A DNA stretch of 63,846 nucleotides, filler included, from Octopus bimaculoides (lineage: Eukaryota), in assembly GCF_001194135.2 (NCBI RefSeq). It is 6 parts of 5 records of this genome, joined end to end, with 100 filler letters (N's around TTAATTAATTAA, not from the genome) between each part and the next. Parts side by side here need not be neighbours in the genome. Positions count along the whole stretch, not along the records: positions 50,735 to 56,829 come from NC_068999.1; positions 56,930 to 61,922 come from NC_068984.1; positions 62,023 to 63,846 come from NW_026345793.1; 3 more parts are not named here. One strand, written 5' to 3'. Below the pieces are notes generated by a model. It did no database searches. It had not been told where the DNA came from and saw nothing but the letters and a program-made list of their open reading frames with translations. Numbering within the stretch: the stretch's first letter is position 1; each line of letters starts with the position of its first letter. Below are positions 52,860 to 63,846 of this stretch, one piece after another. A program made the translations under genes and the position numbers.

Positions 52860-54903
52860 ATGCATATATAAATACATATATATATTTGGCTGTATGACGC
52901 AAACACTAATGTAGTGCCATATGGTTGAATATAGGCTGTCATAGTAAATCATTAAGAAACCACCATCTTCACACAACTCAAAATATGTATCTTATTTATT
53001 GTATTAATGGGAAAACGGGAATAGTTACCAGCAAATAAATAAGGAGTTACAACCCATATTCTTACAAGCCATATTCCGATATTCAGAATGAAAGCATGGT
53101 AGAAATTGATCACAAACCATACCGTCTCCGTTTCATATTTAGTCTTTTTTGTTTGTTTTTTGTTCTTTATGTAGAATTTGAGATGTAAAGAAAGAGTGAA
53201 TGTTTTATAAAAAAATGTGAATACATTTAAGAGAATTGATACGATACAATACGTTGGGAAATTGGAGTTTTTATTACCGAGGAATAGACAGAAACTGAAA
53301 AAAACATCTGATGCTACAATTAACTTATATTGAAATGTCTCAAAATTATAGTCTTTGTTTTTACCATTCACACCATAGGTGTTTACTTGCTGGTTTATTA
53401 TCTTCTAGAGACACTTCTTTTTCTGAATTAGGCAATGTACATACATCTAGTTTTTTGTTAGTAATCTCATCTCTATTTCTATAAATATGCTTTGCAGAGA
53501 GAACTATATCGGGAGTATTTACTATGCATGGTGTAATATTATTCATACCATATTAAAGCACTATCACCTTCGGTAAGGCCTTTAATACTGAATACCTTCA
53601 AATAGGTTATACTTACTCTAACTTAAGTAAAATGCTTGTAATATTGAAATGAACGGGTTATTCGTCTCAACCGGACTCTAGCTTAACACATTTTCTCCGA
53701 GTCACTTACAAATATGAGAGCATTTTAATTTTCGCTGATACACTCTCCCTCTCAGCCTATCTCTTTCTCTCTTTCTTTCTTTTTCCTTATCTATCCCTCT
53801 CTCTCTCTCTCTCCTCTTCTCTCTCTCTCTCTTTCACAGAGATAGCAACAAAAGTACTAATCTCACAAAACTATATGTCAGTTTGCTAAAGTGTTGTCAA
53901 AAATCATGAATGACATGTTTTTCATCAATTAAATCATGATGAATTATGTGATAAAATTTCATTTCAAAAGCGATACAGTGAAAATCATTGAATCGCTTGG
54001 GAGAGAAACAGTGAGCAAGATTCAAAAGTCATAGTTAGGCATTGCAAAAATAAGCAGAAAGCCAAACTAAAAATGTATTATTTTGGCCAAACAATGGTTT
54101 ACAAATTCAATATTGCGATGAAAATATAACATATGAACCAAATTCAGAACACTAGACAACCATTTCTGCCCCATGATATATCTCTTGCGATCACCCTTGG
54201 TCAGAGTTCGGTGCTGATTTATCTTCAACTAATGGTCATGGTAATTAGTGATGTCTGTAACACTAGATTTACTGAAATAATGCAATTAAGCGATAAAACA
54301 AGTTCTACATTAATAAACAAGGCTGAAATTAATATTTGGCTGACATAGATTACTAGATATTCAGATTTTAGATAATTCTTATTAATTATCTTCCGGAAAA
54401 TTAATATATATTTTTCATTATGCGGAACTTACATACCTTATCACATTGATTCCACCATTCTCATAATCGAATGTATAAGCTTAGATTTCAGAGTAAAACA
54501 ACCAAACATCGATAAAAATAAAGGTGGAGGCGAAAACAAAACCCGTATCTGTCATTGAACAGCTTATGAAATACACGAATACACTGAAGTAGACCAACCG
54601 TGCAACTTCTTAGTTATCATTTAAGGAGGACCCCTTATTCAGAATACCTGTCGGGCTGACAGTAGAAAATATCATATATGTATATGAAATCGATGTATAT
54701 GAGAGGCTGACTTCATATGCGAAAACTCTAGAAGCAGGTAAAAATATAGCAAGAATTAGTCATACAGAAATTAATGGAATCCGATACTGACTAAATTAAT
54801 GCTGTAAGAATACTGGTGTACTCTACATCTGCGTATGGTCATATGTGAAATAATACATTGAGTTACATCTTAAGATAAGCAATGTAATGTTATTTCCTTC
54901 CAG

Positions 54904-55196
54904 ATGTAAGACTACATGTAAGGATGATGTTGATGATGATGATTATGATGGTGATGATGATGATGATGATGATGAGAATGATGATGATGAAGTCGATGAC
55001 GTGTACGACAACGAAGGGGGCGAAGATGATGATTATGCTGACAACGACGAATTAGACGATGACGACGACGACGATTACGACTTGGTTTCGCGGGTGAAGA
55101 TTTTATGGAGGCGGTTGTTCACGTGTATTGCAGGGTCCGTGAGCCCTGATCTGGACAAACAAACACGGAGCCTGAATGGACGATTAGCTGCTCAGA
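54904..55196 (+). CDS. Candidate Asp-rich exon, or a degenerate (GAT)n microsatellite
   Basis: Acceptor ttatttccttccag|, donor CAGA|GTAAGT; 293 nt open frame CKTTCKDDVDDDDYDGDDD...NGRLAAQ with mixed GAT/GAC codons. Confidence 0.25.
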
Positions 55197-56245
55197 GTAA
55201 GTCATAATGTCCATTATTTTGTTCTTTCCTCTCGTCTCTGCAAAGGTGCTCCTTATTTATTGTTTTATTCAAACAATAGTATTTTAACAAAGGACTCAGA
55301 CCGAATTAGTTCAACAAGAGTCGCCTCATGAATATACAGCATGCAAAGCCTGGCCTTATATATTTAATCATGTATTACAGAGCATAGCCGATATGTAACT
55401 GCTGTAGGATATTTATATGAGTTTCACTCAAGCTACGCTTTCGATTTGGGGGCGCATTTTCAACCGTAATACAACTAACTCTATTCAATTTCTTGACGCA
55501 TCCTACTCTACAAAGAATTCTTACAGCAAATCGCTAGTCTCAAATGACTTAGCGGGGAAATGTTGGGTCAGTGATCTCACATCTCCTTTGCAATAAAAAA
55601 AGAAATCATCTTGAAAGAAAACAGTATTATGCATTTGAGTGTGAAATTTGAATTTCATCGAATCAACTAAATTATATAATTTTTATGCATTATTCAATTT
55701 TCTGTCCGTTTTCGTTCCAACTAGGAATTCCGTACAGTATATAGTTGTAATTTAGATTTCATTGAATTTTGTCTGTATGCTATATATGCAAATATATGTG
55801 TCTGTATACACCATTCTGTCTGTCTGTTGGAATCTCACTTCACACACATATTATTGAATATATATGTGTGTGTGTTCGCATGTCTGTGTGTCCGTGTGTA
55901 TATGGGTGTGTGTGTATGTGTGTACATGTGAGCGTGTATTTTGCGTGTGTCTATTATTATTATTTTTTACTTTTGTTGTTGTTGTTATTTATAACACATC
56001 GATTCGGCTCCATGCTACTTAAAAATTGGCTAGTCTTTAACAGAATCTCGTCCTTTCAGACTTAGTAATCTAGACCTGGAAGAGATGGTTTTCCGTTAGA
56101 AGCCCGCGAGCCATTAAATGGCATGGAACCGAATCTATCTGTTTTAAAGAATAATGAATACACTCCTACTAAATGATTTTTAGTGCCTATTCTTTAATTT
56201 TTCTACTCATTTAAATGCACGCGCGTGAGTGTGTGCGTGCGTGCT

Positions 56246-56282
<37 letters not shown>

Positions 56283-56829
56283 GTATGTATATATGTACAT
56301 ATTTTTCTGTGTCTGTCTGTTTATGTATATATCCTATCATGTCGTTGTCTGCCTCTATCCGAATATTTAAGTATTCGTTTTTGTCTCCTGTAATTTGGTG
56401 CTTCTTACAACTAGCAATAACAATATTTCGCTGATGTCACATCCGATAGCCAGTGTAGGCTTTGGCAATTCATTCATCCTATCTGTTATAGTGTACTGCC
56501 TTCTGCGTGCTTTTTCTCTGCATTTAAGTCTGATAGCGGTGCTTTAAATTTCATTTTATACATGGTCTTTGTTCCATCGCATGGCGATCTATTTGAGATC
56601 TTGCTTCTTTTGAATTTCTGTGGTGGATATGAATTGTCTATCTGAATCAAGACTAAAGGTGTACATAAAGAGTAGCGTGAACTTCAAAATTTTCCTGCGA
56701 CATTCGATGAAAGATTTCCATAAGCTCCCAACCAAGAAATACATATCCAAAACATCCTCCTGATCTATAAATGTCAAAAGGTCCGGCTTACTGTGAAAAA
56801 CACGAAAGTTGGAGTATATAGATACATAT

Positions 56830-56929
56830 NNNNNNNNNNNNNNNNNNNNNNNNNNNNNNNNNNNNNNNNNNNNTTAATTAATTAANNNNNNNNNNNNNNN
56901 NNNNNNNNNNNNNNNNNNNNNNNNNNNNN
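56830..56929. other. Artificial scaffold linker
   Basis: 44 N + TTAATTAATTAA (56874-56885) + 44 N. Confidence 0.95.
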
Positions 56930-57946
56930 ATATATATATATATATATATATATAAAGAGAGAGAGAGAGAGAAAGAGAGAGAAAATAGTCTTAAATGACA
57001 GAAAAAATTCCCTATGTAAAGCAATCTAGAAAAATAAAACAGACTATTTTGTATTGAAAATAAGATGAATTTATCTTTCGTTGTGTTTAACAAACATTTA
57101 GAAATTCAATGAAATATTTTATCTCTAACAGGAAACCTATGATATTTTGAATGATATCAATTTATTCAGCTGCTGACTTTGGAATCCTTCCATTTTGAAT
57201 AGGAAGTCGTTGTCTGTTTGATTTTCTTTTGTATACACACCATGATAAAGAGCTACAATGACCGAACTGATATTATATCAGCTTATCCTTTCATGGGTCC
57301 ACACTTTCATTTTTATGTCAAGATGCTTTAGTTTATTTCTTTCGACATGTTGAGGAGATTCGAGTGTCATCGGCCGACAAACGCATCTTCAGAGAAATCA
57401 TTATGAAGAAATCTATGTTTATTCAGTTTACTTTCGTTTGTTCGCTTTTTACATAAAGTGATAGATGTGATGGAATAATTTTAATGAAAAGACAGAATAC
57501 TCTTGATCGAACAAAGTTATTCTTATTTTCTTTGTAGAAACCATAAAATAAATACCAATGATAGACTGATTCATTCAACTAGTTGTAACCTAAATAAATC
57601 CGTCTGTACTTCATTCAAAGAAAATTTTTTCATGATTTACCTTGTTTCCAATTTGAATTGATAATTTATGGAGAAAATATAAAGAAATTCTTCGAAGCCT
57701 GCCTGTTAGAAATATATTGCAGATGATTCAACTGTTTACATACTTCTGCACCTTATAAAAAAAATGACGTTATGTCTAATTAACCATTATATTCGTAGGA
57801 TGTCTCAAAGAAAATCTAAGGAACTAACATAAAGAAATAACCATACAAGTTGTAACTGAATGAAGATTCGCAGTTATTTAACGTCGTTGGTGTTCTGTGG
57901 CGCTTTTGCTGATTTTTTTTTTCAACCCATATGCTTTAACTTTTAG

Positions 57947-58086
57947 ATGTCCTGTTTACTATGATATTCCACCTCAATGCACAATGGTCAACGTTCCTGG
58001 AAGTTGTTGTAAAAAGCCAATTTGTGATTTTGGCGGCAAGTCCACAACATCGACTGGACATCACAAAGGAAACCGTTTCGGTGTAG
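57947..58086 (+). CDS. Internal exon of a secreted cysteine-rich VWC-like repeat protein (second half of a module)
   Basis: Acceptor ttaacttttag|, donor GTAG|GTAAGC; 140 nt, phase 2 to 1; encodes CPVYYDIPPQCTMVNVPGSCCKKPICDFGGKSTTSTGHHKGNRFGV (CP..C..CC..P.C pattern). Confidence 0.85.
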
Positions 58087-58751
58087 GTAAGCGGTAAATT
58101 TTTGTCTTGAAATACCAAAACAAAAAAAGCATTTATCTCTGTGAACTTCCTTTTCTAAACTTCTCTCTCAGCTTGGATCTACGAATAACTTTTCGATCAC
58201 AGTTCCACCCCAGTCTTTATCTGAAACTTTTCGATCTTCCTCTGTTTTTCTCGTCCTTCTATTATGGGCAACATATCCAGTTCTATTTTGCCTTCATACT
58301 TTCGTTGTGAAAACGAAAGCCAAGTACCGGAATTGATCTGGTCTACTACATTCTTCCTCAATTTTTTGACCTTGTACCCATGTCATAAATCATAAATATT
58401 ATTAATAATAATATTAGCACCACCAACATCTTTCTGACTTAACAACGTAAACTAAATTCAAATTAGAGTGCAGACTGAATCAACCGCGTCTTCTTCCTTA
58501 CTGTTATTTCTATAGTGAAAGCAAGGCGAACTTTTAGAATTACCAAAGTCTACAAAAAATTCTTCGTGGTAATTGGTCTCGTTCTTTGCGTTCTCATTGC
58601 CCAAACAGATGTAGCAAACTTATGTAGCAAATTTATTTGTACCAAGCCGACAAGATGGCGTCGTGTAAAATAAACAAAGGAAGGCAACAAGAAACCACAA
58701 TTACATTTTCTTATGGAAATAACAAGTACGTAACACTTATGAAGGATGTCA

Positions 58752-58803
<52 letters not shown>

Positions 58804-59141
58804 TAAATACATCCATCCATCCATACATACATATATATATATGTATACACACACATATATACGTATGTATGTGTGCATGTATAACAGTTTGATGAAGTCA
58901 AGTAAGCTGATACTTCGAAGTCATTGTCAGCCATTTTCTTATGAAAGTTTAATAAACATATAACCTACTAAGAAGTATTGAGTAACCCTTCTGTTTCATG
59001 TTAAATAGTTTTTTATGTATAACTTGACATAAAAACATACATACATACATACAAATATTATATATCGTATCATCACTTCTGTATCTATTAAATAAATTAT
59101 TCAACTTATTTCAACATCTCCTTTGCTGCTTTTTTTTTCAG

Positions 59142-59256
59142 ACGTGTGTGTTTACAAAGGAAAAGAATACTACCAAGACCAAACATGGTCCGATGGCTGT
59201 CAGTCAGAATGTATATGTAAAAATGCCCATTCGGGACTGTGGGTATGCCAATCAAA
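59142..59256 (+). CDS. Internal exon of the same VWC-like repeat protein (first half of the next module)
   Basis: Acceptor tttttttttcag|, donor AA|GTGAGT; 115 nt, phase 1 to 2, in frame with the upstream exon; encodes DVCVYKGKEYYQDQTWSDGCQSECICKNAHSGLWVCQS (C.Y.G..Y.....W..GC...C.C....G...C). Confidence 0.88.
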
Positions 59257-60480
59257 GTGAGTGAAACAACTTCTCTTTCTTCTGCTCTTAAGCATCAGTT
59301 TCTGAGGGGGGCCATCAAAATAGCCTCAATGCAGATATTTAACCTGGTAATATTAGAAGCCAAATATCCTTAACGTTACACTGTAGCAGTCTCATAATTA
59401 AAATAGGGACATTGAATAATATAGTTTTTGTTACGTAATGACTTGTGATGATCAAAGAAGGAACGACTTCAATCAATGTTCTGGTTGTAATCAAAGTAAC
59501 AGCTTATTAGTTCCATAACACCATCAATTTTCACGTTATTTTCTTCATGGTGTTTATCCAAAAGGCTATTCTTTTTCGTTAACGAAAATATGAATACTCT
59601 CTTCTCTCAAGCACTCTGTCGCGGGATACTTTATGCCACGTGTCAGAAAATTCTACAATACTTAGAAAGCTTCAATGGTTTTAACGTACCACATTTCTAC
59701 TTACTTATTCCCTTGTGGCAAAACGTAAAGCTTCCCTTCATCTATGTTTTAAAATGATTTCAAGACTCATTTGTTTTTATTTAACTTTTAAAACTCTGAT
59801 TGTATGCGATATTCGACGAGTTGTAGATAGGAAAGGATTTAAAATGGCCGCCAAAACACCTTAGAGTGTCAGATGTGGTAAACAAGACTTAAACTTCCAA
59901 AGGAGGCGAGACAGCGATCCAATTTCAAATCTAACATGAAATCACCACACTAAAAATAACTTTAGTGAAAGCTTTGACATCAAGTTTTCTGCTTGCTCCA
60001 CCCATACAATCTACGAAATTTGTCCTACACTTCAGATATCAATAGAGATGATTTTTTTTATTCAACCAAATAAATTTGAAACTTTATTAGTCTTCGCAGA
60101 AAGGTTAAAACTATCAGACAAAATACCTTGCGGTACTTAGTTAACTCCCTTTATGTTCAGAGTTCAAATTCCACCCAGGTCAGTCATTACCTTTCATTCT
60201 TCAGGAATCAATTAAAATGAATACTAAAACCAAATGTCAATGTAACCGACTATACTTCTCATCTAAAGTCTGCAACTCTGCATCCCGGTGTTAAAAAAAA
60301 AGACGATTATTATTATTGGAAAAATTAACTTGCAATATTTGTTTTGTTTTTCATTTGGTTTCTTGTTTTTTGGGAGGTGTTTTTGCTCTTTCTTTTTTTT
60401 TTTTTTTTTTTTTGTTCTCCACACTCTGAGTTTGTATCCCACCAACAATTGATCTTGAAATTGCTGGACTTGAGCCAAAA

Positions 60481-60600
60481 TTTATTATTATTATTATTAT
60501 TGTTCAGTAGTTTTATTTTTATAACGTGCTTTCACTTCACTACCGAGCGCAGCTCTGTGCGCCTTGGGTATGTGCTGTGGTTTTCTGTGGTGCTTTTATG
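60481..60600 (-). mobile_element. Short 3'-end copy of the same R4/Dong element with (AAT)n tail
   Basis: TTCAGTAGTTTTATTTTTATAACGTGC...CTACCGAGCGCAGCTCTGTG..CCTTGG matches the other two 3' ends; (TTA)n lies immediately to the left. Confidence 0.85.
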
Positions 60601-60718
60601 TTTCCCCCACAGCAAACNNNNNNNNNNNNNNNNNNNNNNNNNNNNNNNNNNNNNNNNNNNNNNNNNNNNNNNNNNNNNNNNNNNNNNNNNNNNNNNNNNN
60701 NNNNNNNNNNNATTAAAG

Positions 60719-61175
60719 TGGCGAGCTAGCAGATGCTTTAGCTCGCCGGGAAAAATGCTTAGCGGCATTTCTTCCACTCGCTACGGTCTGAGTTCAAATT
60801 CCGCTGAGGTCAACTTTGCCTTTTATCCTTTCGGGGTTGATGAAATAAGTACCAGTTACGCATTGGAGTCGATGTAATCGACTAGCTCCTTTCCACAAAG
60901 TTTCACGCCTTGTTCCTATAGTAGAAAGGATTATTATTATCATTAAACTGGTGAGGTGAATTGGCAGAAGCGTTAGCACGCCGAGCGAAATGCTTAGCGG
61001 TATTTCGTTCATCTTTACGTATTTTGAGTTCAAATTTCGCCGAGGTCTACTTCGCCTTTCATCCTTTCGAGGGTCGATAAATTATGTATCAGTTGATTAG
61101 TAGCCCCTCCCCCAAAATTTCAGGCCTTGTGCCTATAGTGGAAGGGATTATTATTATTATTATTATTATTATTAT
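60719..61175 (+). mobile_element. Two tandem SINE family C copies (60719-60942, 60951-61175) with (ATT)n tails
   Basis: Head-to-tail duplicates, each with the tRNA-like head GAGTTCAAATT and the central GAGGTC.ACTT.GCCTTT.ATCCTTTCG motif. Confidence 0.85.
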
Positions 61176-61922
61176 CATCCTCTCTATCTTATTACCAAAT
61201 ACTGCATTCTGAGATTTCTTTGTGCTATGTTATTGCTAGTAATACCAATCACTTCGTTCCAGGTTCCTGCTTATACAGAGATTTATGATTAATGTCTTAT
61301 GATCAAAGACTTTTTAATCAAAAGCATTCCAATCATTAATATTCAGTTCTTTGTTGGTGTTGTATTACTCATGGGTTGGATATATTATCCAAGCTATGGT
61401 TATATTATCGAAGGTAGAGTGAAGTTTTCTGGGGATTTATTTGCTATGTTTAACATTCAGTGTGACCCATGTTAAACATAGAAGCAACAGAGCCTCTGCT
61501 TCGATAGTAATGCTAAAAACAACGGTGTTGCAAAATTTATAGTCAAAATCATTAACATCACACTGCTGGTACTTCTTACATGAATCCCACAAGGAATTAA
61601 AGCAACTTCGTCATTAGCGGGATTTGAGCTCGAAACCAACCAAAACAAAATTTAGATATCTGGTGTTGAATTGATTTTACCTCCCGTGTAAGCCAAAGCA
61701 AGATTTGAACTCACACTGCAAAGATCAGGGACAGACACCACAAAGTATTTGTTTTGACGTTCTTACAGTCCCCTATTCACTACCCTTACTTGGCAAGGTA
61801 ATCACAATTCCCGAAAGGATGAAAGGTAAACTTGACTTCAGAGTGATTTGAACCCAATACACTGAAATTTGAAGCGAGTGCAGCGAGACATTCTATCCGA
61901 CCTTATAACGACGTGTGTACGT

Positions 61923-62022
61923 NNNNNNNNNNNNNNNNNNNNNNNNNNNNNNNNNNNNNNNNNNNNTTAATTAATTAANNNNNNNNNNNNNNNNNNNNNN
62001 NNNNNNNNNNNNNNNNNNNNNN
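61923..62022. other. Artificial scaffold linker
   Basis: 44 N + TTAATTAATTAA (61967-61978) + 44 N. Confidence 0.95.
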
Positions 62023-62874
62023 AAGTTGATATAGCTTAGGTGGCAGAGGTATATATATTCCATCTTGCAATATATATATATAGAATTTAGAGAAGAACTA
62101 CCATTATACAATTCAGACAATGAAAGACCTCAATGACACCATCTAGAAAAAAAATACACTATAAAAATACTAATCTAAGACTTCAATAAAGCATAAAAAG
62201 TAAATAGTAGTGAATTGATAAAGGCATATATATATATATATATATCCTGTTGTGTCTGAGGAGAGTCATTTTCATTTTGTGCCTTATGATTTATCACACT
62301 CACTGGTAAAATTTCCACTTATTTCTTATTTTTTATTTTCCTAAAATTTTCGTTATTTACACTGCATTCCTTTTTGTTTGTGCGCATGTGTGTGGGTTAG
62401 TGCGTGTGTGTGTGTGTGCCTATCCATGCATGCATGCATGCATGTATGTACGTATGTATGTATGTATGCATGTGTGTGTGTGTAGGCATATGTATATATG
62501 TGTGTGCATTTGTATGTATGTATTCTGCATATTCATGTGCTTACATGACCGTGTTTGTGTATTTTTTATGTGTGTTTGTATATTTATGCACCTCTGTCTC
62601 CCTGTGTGTGCATGTCTAAGTGTGTGTTTTACAACTAAGTACCGTGTTTGTATGTATGGATGTGCATCTCAGTATGTGTGGACACGTGTCTCCATATGTG
62701 TCCTTGTGTGAAGTAAAGTATGTGTGTATATATGGTCATGTGTTTCAGTCTCCATTTGCGTATGTGTGCTTGTCTGTTCATATAACCTATGTACCTATCT
62801 ATCTGTATGTAGATAGATATACACATATATACATATATGTAGATAGATGTATGTGTGTGTGTGGGTGTAATAAT

Positions 62875-63030
62875 AATATTGAAAAATACCTTAAGAATGA
62901 GAACCCAGGTTCGAAATTTCCCCAAAACACTTGATGAAGGCTGGAGGGTATATCAACCGAAATGTTGTGTTAACAACAAACAAGATGAAGACAAATATCC
63001 GTCAAATGTAAATAATGTATATAATTTTCA
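62875..63030 (+). mobile_element. Probable Penelope-like element terminal (pLTR) fragment
   Basis: Carries the degenerate hammerhead followed by an A-rich end; family assignment is by resemblance only. A related-looking piece lies at ~62225-62360. Confidence 0.4.
62926..62971 (+). ncRNA. Degenerate minimal type I hammerhead ribozyme motif in a Penelope-like end
   Basis: Stem I AACAC/GTGTT; tTGATGA (C to T); stem II GGCTG/CAaCC with one mismatch; GAAAtGTT (CpG-type change from GAAACGTT). Confidence 0.55.
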
Positions 63031-63653
63031 ATCTTCAGATTTTTTAAATATGCTAAGCCACTGGTTTTAATTGATTAATATCAATTTCTACCGTCATTAT
63101 TCAATTTTTAAATAACAATGTTTTCTAACCGGTTAAATTAGGTGATGAATTTGCAGTTATTTACATTCGTAAATATTAACAAACAAAACCATGGTCAGTA
63201 GGTAATCGTTTTTTATTTCATATNNNNNNNNNNNNNNNNNNNNNNNNNNNNNNNNNNNNNNNNNNNNNNNNNNNNNNNNNNNNNNNNNNNNNNNNNNNNN
63301 NNNNNNNNNNNNNNNNNNNNNNNNNNNNNNNNNNNNNNNNNNNNNNNNNNNNNNNNNNNNNNNNNNNNNNNNNNNNNNNNNNNNNNNNNNNNNNNNNNNN
63401 NNNNTATATATAGTATAGGGAGAATATATATATACATACATACACACACACACATATATATAATAAAGCTCTGAGCAAGGTATAAACAGTAGCAGCACGA
63501 CATTGTGAAGTACATTTTCCACCTAAATGTGGCTAACCCTTAAGGATCGATGTTACTGTAGCTTGTAGCCCCAGGAAGACATCTCTTCCAGCTGGCTATT
63601 GACACACTATCTGTGCCTAATCAGGAATGGCAAAGTCGCCAACCTGTGGTTGT

Positions 63654-63698
63654 CACACGCTGATGACGGGTCAATACCCAGAAACTCGAGTGCGTGTG
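63654..63698 (+). ncRNA. Minimal type I hammerhead ribozyme motif, near-intact
   Basis: Stem I CACACG/CGTGTG; core CTGATGA; stem II cGGGT-CAAT-ACCCa; GAAA; self-complementary stem III ACTCGAGT; cleavage triplet GUG is non-canonical. Confidence 0.7.
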
Positions 63699-63846
63699 CA
63701 TCACGTCAAGCTGGTGATGGGAACGATGACTTCCCTTTACAAATACTGATAGGGCACTGATTGTGTGTTAATAGCCCAGGTCAGTGAAGCAGTCGTCCTC
63801 ATTAGATGCATACATATATACATATATATATGCATATATATATATA

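Noticed and set aside
56589-56790. Possible minus-strand exon in scaffold 4
   Set aside because: Acceptor-like site but no convincing donor and no recognisable peptide in any frame.
256-61175. tRNA genes
   Set aside because: All A-box/B-box hits run directly into SINE bodies and lack a complete cloverleaf.

Overview
AT-rich, microsatellite- and SINE-dense animal genomic DNA. The repeat families and dinucleotide tracts point to an octopus-type coleoid cephalopod draft assembly (inferred, not database-confirmed). The window is not one locus: five identical artificial linkers (44 N + TTAATTAATTAA + 44 N) join six separate scaffolds (1-12955, 13056-21416, 21517-50634, 50735-56829, 56930-61922, 62023-63846). 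The main gene is the 5' half of myo-inositol-1-phosphate synthase (ISYNA1/INO1/MIPS): three coding exons, 272 codons, cut off by the scaffold end. Its 23.9-kb second intron carries two adjacent diverged tandem arrays whose best-conserved core reads TGGAAAATTCC on the minus strand, matching the NFAT5/TonEBP osmotic response element consensus. Also present: two in-phase exons of a cysteine-rich VWC-like repeat protein, R4/Dong-clade non-LTR retrotransposon pieces sitting in (AAT)n microsatellites, a mariner-derived MITE, four tRNA-derived SINE families, two minimal type I hammerhead-ribozyme motifs in the last scaffold, and clear CpG decay limited to the ISYNA1 gene body. All counts were made by eye and no searches were run.
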